Below, in pieces: positions 53,675-64,000 of a stretch of 64,000 nt of DNA. Numbering within the stretch: position 1 is the first letter of the stretch; every line of letters starts with the position of its first letter. Position numbers and translations under genes: made by a program. The notes beneath the pieces are model-generated. The model saw only the letters and a program-made list of their open reading frames with translations, was not told the origin of the DNA and did not search any database. The DNA lies in NCBI GenBank assembly GCA_964016885.1, contig OZ024742.1, positions 248,000,001 to 248,064,000 of the forward strand. The letters are read 5' to 3'. The stretch is from Eledone cirrhosa. Taxonomy: Eukaryota.

Positions 53675-54479
53675 GTGGTATAGAGTTCTCTGTAAAGATA
53701 TGTTGATGTACCTTAATCCCCGTGAAGATAATATCACCTATCATCCTTCTAGAATCGATACGTTAAAGCACTAAACAAGCACTAGGTTATATTTAATCGA
53801 TTCTACCTAATCTATCCGAACATTCTTGGCCGATTGTCTAAATTAGAAACATTTGATAATACGCCACGACATTATTGTGGCTTTGCTTCTTTTGTTCTTT
53901 CCTAGACATACGCCCAGAGTAGATGCATGTTTACAGTACTATATGCAGGCAGGGTGACATAGTTAAAAGATTAACTCCGCTATAACTTTCTGCTGGGGCA
54001 GCTCCCATGCAGTACTTTAGCAAGTGTTCGCTAATATTACCCTAAGTTACCCGATGATTTAGGAGTGAAATTTGATGCTTCATAAATAAATTATATATAT
54101 ATATATGGGGGTTGAGGGTGTCTGTACGTAGAAGTATCAGTCTGCAGGTTTGTGTATGATCGTGTTTTCACACACAAACATAGATGCACGCCCCTTTACC
54201 CCCCCTCTCTCTCACATATATTTGACTCTTGCTATATTTTCTAATAGTTATTATTATATTTACAATATAAACACAGATATAAAAAAAAAAAACATTGTTG
54301 TATCTGTAATTCCAAAGGCAAGCATGCTACAGTCTGTCCCATGCTGGATAACTATAATAAATATTTTCAGTCTACATGTGTCTGAGGATTATTTAGTCAC
54401 TTAAAAATGTTCACGAGTAAGCTGTTCAGTGAATCAGATGTCTTGTTCAACCATTGTCGGTAAACACCCCACCTCTCCC

Positions 54480-54860
54480 AAAACATCAGTAAACAAATAT
54501 ATGTCATTGGGAGATGGGCCCTCACTGAGAATTGCCAAACGCCCTATCCCAGAGTAAGGGCGAGATAATGCAATAGACTGGGTTTCAAAGCACCCCCCCC
54601 CCCCCACCGATCTTTAGTAAGTTGCCTAAAAACCTGAAAGATCTACATGGTGTTGATGTAGATGTTTTCAGGAAGTATCTTTAAATTCTGCAAACCGAAA
54701 TCCTAGATGAACCCACACCACGAGACGATATACAAATAAGAGCAGCAGCTTCAAACTCACTTTTACATCAATGGCAAACCGAGGAAAGCTGGGTATAGGA
54801 TGTGTAGAGGCAATGTGTAGAGGCAGTGGTCCTGCACCAGCATGGCCTCAGCCAGTCTGC
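54480..54860 (+). mobile_element. Decayed 3' end of a CR1/L2-group LINE
   Basis: Frameshifted peptides NRLGFKAP, IFSKLPKNLKDLHGVDVDVFRK, ILDEP, RAAASNSL match the C-terminal pattern of such ORF2s as I recall it. Confidence 0.65.
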
Positions 54861-55989
54861 TGGATCAGGGAAAGAATGACAGAGTAACTGAGATACGTTT
54901 GAAACATTTTACATCCCTCTACAACATGGACACTGATTCTCCACTATTCTACTTCACTCTATGGCAGATATAAACTTTAAAACAATTTTATCCCATTTTT
55001 TTTCTGAATTATTTCAACTATTACGTTGCAATTTGTGTCTTTCCTCTAAGTTTTATTTTCAATAGGTCATCATAATCTGTTTCTGAATTTTTAACTTATG
55101 CATTAATTGTAAATTTTGTTCTCATATTTTCTTTTAATAAAAAAAAATTGAATAATAATTTTTATATATTGAACTATTTATTTATTTGTTTATTTACTTA
55201 TATATATTTTGTTTGTTTCGAGAAGCAACTAAAATATAATTATTATTTGTAAGATTAGCTGCGACATTTTCGGAAAACTACTGAAGGAAATAATATTTGA
55301 TATGTGTTTGCTTGTTTGTGTATTTGTTGTTTTTCTATAAAATAACAATAAAATATTAATCTAATAAGGCAGTAATGTAATAATAATATAGTAATATATA
55401 GTATATATAATAATATAATGTATACTATATATAATTAATAATATAATGTAGACACAAAGGTAAATACGAACATAAAAGGGAATTTCACGGGAAAAAGAAT
55501 GTACAATAACTATTTCTGGCAACATAGCAAATAACGAAATACTAGCGAATTATATACACAGACATATTTGCATGCCTACACTGTCATACAAATACACAAT
55601 ATCAAATACACACACAGACACATGTAAATATATACGAAGACACACGCCTCCATTAAACACACAGTCATATGATTTTGCTTGTGAAGATGTGCATATATAT
55701 TAACGTATATATTTGTATATGATTATATATATATATATACACACAAATATATATATATGCGTGTGTATGTGTGTGTATTTGTATATGGATATGTATATAT
55801 ATATATGCATCTATGTAGATAATACCTTACAACATTGTCTATATTTGTAAAATATATGGTGAAAAGATGGCGATGAAACATGACATAGCAAATCTGTATT
55901 CGGTAAAAAAGTAAACAATCTTGGTTATCTATTCACATATACACAGAGATACACAAACCCAGATGCACAAGCACACATAAACACACACA

Positions 55990-56052
<63 letters not shown>

Positions 56053-56129
56053 ATATAAACCTCACATATCTTTTTGCACAAGTACATATATAGGTTCAAA
56101 TAATTCCAGTGGGATTAATGGGCAAAAAC

Positions 56130-56280
56130 GTATATATAAATACAAATATATTAATATATATATAAATATATATATATAAATACAAATATATTAATATATA
56201 TATAAATATATATATATAAAAACAAACATATTAATATATATATATATATAAATACAAATATATTAATATATATATATATA
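56130..56280. repeat. AT-rich minisatellite (unit about atatataaatacaaatatatta..., 4 copies)
   Basis: Recurrent aaatacaaatatattaatatata units. Confidence 0.8.
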
Positions 56281-56812
56281 TATATATATATACGTGTGTG
56301 TGTGTGTAATTATATGTTGGTGTAATTTGTATCTGTCTGTGTATATAGGAATGTTATTATCAGTATGTGTTAGTTGATGCGGTTACAAAGTAGACAACGG
56401 ATACGTAATTATAGATGCTATATCCCATGATGCATATATCATATTCTCATTCCTAATTTAGCATTGAAAGTAGCTTATGAATATTCTGTAAATCTCAGAT
56501 AAATTTATTTTAAAACTTTAAAAGTCTATTTTATATTCGGTTTGCAAGCTTATAGTTGTTTAGTCCAAGTTTGAGTGTATTTTTTAGTTGAAATCTGAGA
56601 AATATACAAAATACGGCAAATACGGCAAAGTAGATTCCATACAGTTATAGAATTAAAAACTAAAGTTAAGAAAAAATCTACAACAAAATTATCAAAATTC
56701 AAAACATTATTCAGATATTCTCAACATATATATAGTTTCTCAAGTACGTAAATCTGATTGGTCCATCCGCACGTCTTTGAAGTTATGCCTTTATATTTAG
56801 ATACTTCATGGC

Positions 56813-56848
<36 letters not shown>

Positions 56849-56852
56849 GTTA

Positions 56853-56902
<50 letters not shown>

Positions 56903-56911
56903 GTTGTTGTT

Positions 56912-57337
56912 ATTCCTTGAATCTCAGTCATTGATGTTGGTTAACTGGAAAGTCCGTTGGAATGAATATCAATCCACTACCAGCAGCCTCAGATATTCAG
57001 GACGTATCGGAGGGTTCTTGCTGTTCCCAGCAAGCATGCCTTTTGAAGCGTTCCAAAAAGCGTGAAGGGGCCGATTTTCTTTATCCATCCCTGGAAACTT
57101 TTGGAGATAGTCCCCAGTGCGCCTATGACAATCGGGATCACTTTGACTTCATGGCAGTTCCAAATCCTTTTCACCTCCCACTTTAGGTCCTGGTATCGGT
57201 TAATTTTCTCCCTCTCCTTCTCTTGCACTCTCGTGTCGAAAGGGCAGGCCACATCCACAATCAGACACGATCTTTTTTCTTTGTCCACAACCACCAGGTC
57301 AGGTCTATTGTGTTCCAGTTTTTTGTCCGTCTGTATC
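56912..57337 (-). mobile_element. 3' 425 bp of Dong family 1, fused to the family 2 body
   Basis: Near-identical to 43759-44183. (TAT)n at 56815-56911. Identity stops abruptly at 57337. Confidence 0.92.
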
Positions 57338-60300
57338 GCTCTGGGTATTTTCCATACAGAGGCTTTTCTTGCCATTTCTTTGCCAGTTTCTGTAGCAGTT
57401 CTTTCTTTGCAGTTACTTTTACCTGCTTTGCTTTTTCTGTGTTTTCCATTTCAGCAGTAAATGGGACTTCTGAAATTTATAGTCCATTACTGTATCTTTG
57501 TGCATCTTTTGTAATGGAATATGATCTTTTGATGCTTTCGTGTTTCAAAACGAGTTTGATCATCCAATCATGTGATTCCCTTAGATATGTAGATAATCCA
57601 ATTGTTGCAGTTTTCAACGCAATGTCTAACTGGATTAACCCACGTCCTCCTTCTTTCCTAGGGAGATATATTCTATCTATATCTGCCTTAGGGTGATGCA
57701 TTCTGTGCATGGTTAAGAATTTTCGAATTTTTGTATCGAGCCTACGGATCTCTGTGCTTGACCAGTTGATGACATTGTAACTGTAGGTTACTACTGGTAT
57801 GGCAAGCGTGTTTATGGCATCGATCCTATTCCTTGCATTCAATTCCGTTCTTAAGATTGCTCTTACTCTGCGGTAACATTCCTTCCTTATCCTTTCCCTC
57901 ATTGTCGAGTGCTTGATTCCGTCTCCTTCACAAACACCTAGATATTTGTAAGTTTTTTTCTTGATCAAGTTCTCTTATCACGTTCCCCCGATCAAGATTA
58001 ATGTCTGAACTCTTCAGCAGTTTTCCTCTGGTAAACGTTGCTTTGGCGCATTTATCTAGTCCAAACTCCATTTTAATGTCATCACTGAACTGCTTCACAG
58101 TGGATAATAGCCCTTGCAATTGTTCATCATTTTTTGCAAATAGTTTCAGGTCATCCATGTAGAACAGGTGATTAATGGTTTTGTCATAGACTTTATATCC
58201 ATGTTTTGTTTCATTGAGCATTTTACTTAATGGTATAAGTGCAATGCAGAATAAAAGCGGTGATAAAGAGTCACCCTGAAAAATTCCACAATTAATATTA
58301 ACTTCTCCAGCTTCCAGTGATTTTGTTTCACTATTCAAAAGGAGTGTCGTTTTCCATGTCTTCATACTGAATGACAAAAACCTCCTGATAACGGGGGATA
58401 TTTTGAAAATCTCTAAACATTTTTCAATCCAACTGTGTGGCAAACTATCGAATGCTTTTTTATAATCTATCCAAGCAATCGATAGATTTTTGTGTCTATT
58501 ATGACAATCTTCCAGTATCATTTTGTTAACCAGAAGCTGATCCTTACAGCCATATGTGCCTCGTTTACACCCTTTCTGCTCAATGGGAAATAGGTCATTT
58601 GTTATCAGGTGGTCATATGTGTATTCAGTTAGGACTGATGTTAACATTTTCTACATTGTGGTCAAGCAAGTTATCGGTCTGTAATTTTTGGGATTGTTTG
58701 TCTCATCATTCTTCGGAAGCAGGAATGTAATGCCGTTAACTAGCCATGATGGTATCTTTTCTGGCTCCTTAACTATTTCATTGTAAAGTTGGGCTAACAG
58801 CTCATGAGACTCTGTGAAGGCATTTATCCAAAAGTTTTGTATTTTGTCTTTTACTGGGGATTTACATTTGCTGGTTTTTCTTAGAGCCAAGCGCAACTGT
58901 TCAACTGTTATATTTTCCCATGTTTGTTCCTCAAGGTGAGCTGTATATTTCATTTGTCCGTCTATCCATGGGGCTGTATGTTATGAACTTTTTCTTCGGC
59001 CCAGATCTTTTTCCCAGAATTCTTGCACTTCCTCCTTGGGTGGTATTGATTTAGCAGTTATTGTTGACTTACCAATTTTTCTGTAGAAGTTTCTTTGGTT
59101 GTTTTTGAACATATTATTGTCCTTATAGAATCTAGATCGTTTTTCAAAGCGCCTTATACGAGCAGCTTTGGCCGACACTTTTTGCTTGATTGTTTCTATC
59201 AGCATGTCTAAGTCACATGTTGATCTTATACTGTACTTTTTTTTCAATTTTCTAAGTTTAGTTTGTTTAACATGTTCACCTACTTTATAGTTTGTTAAAA
59301 TTTCTATGTCAGATCGGAGAAGGTTTATTTGGCGATTGATGTTATCTTGCCAAGTAGATTTCTTGTGGGAATTCCTTTGTTTTTTCATCTTCACTCCACA
59401 TAAGTGAGTGGTGACTTTAGCCGATGCATAATAGAGATGATTTAAGTCAGTAATGTTTAGTTTGTTTGTGATGATAATGTTTTTGAGAATTATGTTAGTC
59501 TTGTGCATTATCTTTTGGTTCTGTTTGGAGTTCTGGATCTTAGGGAGGGTGTCTCGTTGCCCCATGTCAGATTCTTTCATTTTCATCCATTCGATCATAA
59601 TTTCATCCTTCAAGTTGGCAAGTTCATTCTCATTCATTTCTTTATCATTTACGATCTCATTATTTTCATTTGGAGTTTCATGCTGAGCATGCACTCCCTC
59701 CTCTTTTTCGATCCTTTCTTTAATTTGTTCTGTTGCCAGTGATTCCGCCCCAACCCTGGGGTTCGAAGTGTTACAGTTTACCTCGTTTTCACTGACACAT
59801 GTTTCATTTTCCCTTCGCTGACTTTGTGCTAATAGCTTGATCTGATCAATTTCTATATCAGTTAGTAACTTTTTTCTTACAATATTTCTTCGTATATTGG
59901 CTAGTTTGTTACTGATAATATAGCCTCTGTTTTCGGGATGTTTCTTTTTCCAGTTGATATATGTCTGTTCTGTGTTCGATGTATTTGATGGGTAGTACAT
60001 GGCAGTGTAGAAAGCCGCAAGGATTTCTTTATTATCTTCCCTTGACCATTTTTCTCACTTTTTCTTTGGATTTCTTGGTGGTGAGCATGGAGGGCCAACA
60101 GTAGGAGTATTCCGGTTATGGGAGGTCTCCAGCTCCGAAGTGATGGGAAGGTTTGAACTATTAGCTGATGTTTCGACCCCAGTCTGGTTCCTCTCTGAGG
60201 GACGCGGCCCTTTTTTACCCGGGTGACGACCGATCCGGTATGAGATTTTATCATTAGACATTTACTTTATTTTGTCGCGTTTTATCCTTATCCGCCAAGG

Positions 60301-60450
60301 GGTAATCATTTCGTGTTACCACTTCTAGAACGAGTGTCAACCAAGACTAGAGGGGTCGTTCTCCCCTAGAGACACGGCTATTCCCCGCCGGCCGCCATCC
60401 CGGTATTTCTTGGTCACGGGGTTTTCTTTTTGTTGTTTTTTTAAATTGTT
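57338..60450 (-). pseudogene. R4/Dong family 2 element, 5'-intact, frameshifted, lacking its own 3' end
   Basis: Collinear ORF pieces 60261-60055, 60000-58981, 58953-58651, 58647-57928, 57968-57477, 57449-57338, with NYRPITCL, WIDYKKAFD, GIFQGDSLSP, HLFYMDDLKL, GGRGL, KPLYGKY. Confidence 0.92.
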
Positions 60451-60794
60451 ATTATCATGAGTGGTTCCTTAATGTGAGCATTGCGTGGCTTAAGAATGAA
60501 ATTATTAATAATTGTCTCCACTCCAGGCACAAGGCCAGCAATCACCCAGTGCATTACAATAATATAATATACTTTTTGTTGTAGTTGGCTGTTATTGTTG
60601 TTGGCTATGTCGGTGCTGGTGCCGGGGCTTTTTTATATTGTTGGTGAGGAAGGGGTGAGCCAGCAGTCCCATAGTTGTTGATGTTGACGTTTGGCCGGTG
60701 GCCAGGTCACTAAGTCAATCTATTTATATATTGTGCTAGCCTCTCCCTTGTCTAGTGATACCGCCACCTTCCCCTTTCTCTCTCAAGTTAACAG

Positions 60795-61400
60795 GGGAAT
60801 AGTGGTGGTAGCATTGAAGGAGTGGTGGCGGCGACGATGGGATAGTGGTAGCAATGATGGATGGGGTGGGGTGGTGGCAGCGGTGGTGTTGTGGTTACTG
60901 ATATGTAGTATCTATGAGTTTGTGTTCGTATGTTTAATATATATTTTTTATTATATTTTGTGTTGACATATTCCCGTAAAATTGGAATTAAACATTTTTT
61001 AAAATTTGAGACAATAATAATAGTAATTATTATTATGATGCTGGTGAAATTGCCGTTATCTGGCTGTTATATTTAGTGTGATGGGATAGGTGGTGTATCA
61101 AGTATCTGGTGTTGGTGAAATTGCTGTTATTTGGCTGTTCTATATAGTGTAGACAGAGGGTGTTTTTTTCCCATTTATAACCATTTTCTTTTTTTGAATA
61201 CAAAATATATAATACAAAATTGAATATTTGAGCGATACAACAATATAATATGGATCCGAAACTTTATGGGACCTGATTCGGTGGTTTATGCAACATTTGT
61301 ACTAAGAATTGTTATTTCACAATTGATTTAAATATGTTAAAAATCAAAAACTTACGGGAGCGATTTCATGAACTTCTACCACCTCGTGCGTCTTCTTCCC
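60795..61400 (-). repeat. Unclassified interspersed module abutting (TAA)n, copy 2
   Basis: Homologous to 39674-40105. Starts exactly at the edge of the 61401-61455 (TTA)n array. Confidence 0.8.
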
Positions 61401-61455
<55 letters not shown>

Positions 61456-61462
61456 TGTCGTT

Positions 61463-62899
61463 ATTCCTTGAATCTCAGTCATTGATGTTGGTTAACTGGA
61501 AAGTCCGTTGGATTGAATATCAAGCCACTACCTGCAGCCTCAGATATTCAGGACGTATCGGAGGGTTCTTGCTGTTCCAAGCAAGCATGCCTTTTGAAGC
61601 GTTCCAAAAAGCGTGAAGGGGCCGGTTTTCTTTAACCATCCCTGGAAACTTTTGGAGATAGTCCCCAGTGCGCCTATGACAATCGGGATCACTTTGACTT
61701 CATGGCAGTTCCAAATCCTTTTCACCTCCCACTTTAGGTCCTGGTATCGGTTAATTTTCTCCCTCTCCTTCTCTTGCACTCTCGTGTCAAACGGGCAGGC
61801 CACATCCATAATCAGACACGATCTTTTTTCTTTGTCCACAACCACCAGGTCAGGTCTATTGTGTTCCAGTTTTTTGTCCGTCTGTATCCTAAAATCCCAC
61901 AGCACCTTCACCTGATTGTTCTCCATCACCGCCTCTGGCCTATGCTCATACCATTTCTCAGAATGTGGTAAATTGTTTACTTTGCACAGGTGCCAGTGGA
62001 TCACCCTACCCATCACATCGTGTCTCCAGCCCTTATAGTGGGTCTGGGCTAGGTGTTTACACTCGGACACAATGTGAGCCACAGTCTCCTCTCTCTCTCC
62101 ACAGATCCTGCACAGTGGGCTAGCCTCCTCCTTGTAAATATGGTGCTTCAACCACTTCGTTTTGAGGGCCTGCTCCTGCGCAGCCATTAGCATTCCTTCT
62201 GTAGCCTTTTTGAGGTCTCCTCTTTTCAACCAGTTCCATGTCTGTGGATCTCTAAATTCAGTTTTCTCAAAGAAGGTACTATGAAGGGATTTTCCCTTAA
62301 GGCTGCTCTTCCTCCTTGATGTTATTTCCTCCTTGGACATCCCCTGGCCTACTGTCCCCTCCTTCAGTACAGCTCTGAGCATTGGCTCCTTACTATAGGT
62401 CACGTATTTGTATAGGTTGTTTTTCTCCATCTGAACACAGTCCTCTATGCTGATAAGACCTCTTCCACCCTCAGATCTCCTTAGGTAGAGTCTATCGACA
62501 TCACTCCTCTTGTGGAACATGTTGTAGATAGTCAATAGCTTCCTAGTCTTCCTATCCATTTCTTTTTGTTCAGCAACATTCCATCTCAGAATTCCCGCAC
62601 TGTACCTAATAATAGACACAGCTCGGGAATTTACTGCGCTTATGGCATTTCTGCTGTTCAGATGTGACTTCAATACGCTCCTTACTCTCCGAATGTATTC
62701 AGTTCTTAACAATTCCTTCATTTTTTTGTTCTTTATGCCATCAGCCTCCAGAACGCCCAAATACTTGTATCCTTCCTCAGAGGCAATTTCCTTTATCATC
62801 TCACCTGTTGGTATCTGGATACCGTTACTTCTGCTCAACCTACCCCTCCTCATCACAATGACTCCACATTTACCAATACCAAACTGCATACATATATCA
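61463..62899 (-). mobile_element. 5'-truncated Dong family 1 copy (ORF fragment 61540-62889)
   Basis: 449-aa fragment nearly identical to the C-terminus of 40715-44107. (TTA)n on both sides. Confidence 0.95.
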
Positions 62900-62936
<37 letters not shown>

Positions 62937-62945
62937 GTTATTGTT

Positions 62946-63757
62946 ATTCCTTGAATCTCAGTCATTGATGTTGGTTAACTGGAAAGTCCGTTGGATTGAA
63001 TATCAAGCCACTACCTGCAGCCTCAGATATTCAGGACGTATCGGAGGGTTCTTGCTGTTCCCAGCAAGCATGCCTTTTGAAGCGTTCCAAAAAGCGTGAA
63101 GGGGCCGATTTTCTTTAACCATCCCTGGAAACCTTTGGAGATAGTCCCCAGTGCGCCTATGACAATCGGGATCACTTTGACTTCATGGCAGTTCCAGATC
63201 CTTTTCACCTCCCACTTTAGGTCCTGGTATCGGTTAATTTTCTCCCTCTCCTTCTCTTGCACTCTCGTGTCGAACGGGCAGGCCACATCCACAATCAGGC
63301 ACGATCTTTTTTCTTTGTCCACAACCACCAGGTCAGGTCTATTGTGTTCCAGTTTTTTGTCCGTCTGTATCCTAAAATCCCACAGCACCTTCACCTGATT
63401 GTTCTCCATCACCGCCTCTGGCCTATGCTCATACCATTTCTCAGAATGTGGTAGATTGTTTACTTTGCACAGGTGCCAGTGGATCACCCTGCCCATCACA
63501 TCGTGTCTCCAGCCCTTATAGTGGGTCTGGGCTAGGTGTTTACACTCGGACACAATGTGAGCCACAGTCTCCTCTCTCTCTCCACAGATCCTGCACAGTG
63601 GGCTAGCCTCCTCCTTGTAGATATGGTGCTTCAACCACTTCGTTTTGAGGGCCTGCTCCTGCGCAGCCATTAGCATTCCTTCTGTAGCCTTTTTGAGGTC
63701 TCCTCTTCTCAACCAGTTCCATGTCTGTGGATCTCTAAATTCAGTTTTCTCAAAGAA
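62946..63757 (-). mobile_element. 5'-truncated Dong family 1 copy (ORF fragment 63023-63712)
   Basis: Near-identical to 43373-44183. (TTA)n on both sides. Confidence 0.95.
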
Positions 63758-64000
63758 ATTATTATTATTATTATTATTATTTGCATTTATCTTGCTTTAT
63801 GTTTATACGAGTTATCACCAAGTCACAACCAGTGACCTCAAGAGACAACAAGGTCCGCCATGTTCAAGAAAGAACACACATATTCACACATGCATCCTTA
63901 GTGTTTAGACTTGTGATGTACTTATATTGACAGGATCTTCCTTAGTATATGGGCAGTTCCCATTAGTACTATCTTTTGTATTTCTCCTATACGCGGGTTT

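Overview
AT-rich, microsatellite-saturated eukaryotic DNA. SINE family and repeat composition fit a mollusc, probably an Octopus-like cephalopod (inference). I found no confidently identifiable host gene. Nearly all short ORFs in the track are microsatellite read-through or antisense shadows of TE ORFs. Real coding content is retrotransposon-derived: one intact R4/Dong-type RLE element (ORF 40715-44107), three 5'-truncated near-identical sisters, a decayed second Dong family fused to one of them, a 5'-truncated Tx1/L1-type ORF2 (12051-14543), a decayed CRE-type element, several Penelope-like (PLE) remnants, a bipartite non-autonomous RTE, a mariner end with an adjacent MITE, and many tRNA-derived SINEs. 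The most notable signal is non-coding: about a dozen hammerhead ribozyme (HHR) motifs, mostly in (TA)n-embedded small elements. They include a 467-nt highly structured retrozyme-like unit, a full-stem-III HHR with a U3-A8 core in an inverted PLE insertion, and a double-variant core (UUGAAAA...GCAA) conserved in three copies. A shared ~0.4-0.6 kb module also sits between the (TAA)n target and the 5' end of both full-length Dong elements. All folds and alignments were done by eye; none has been computed or searched.
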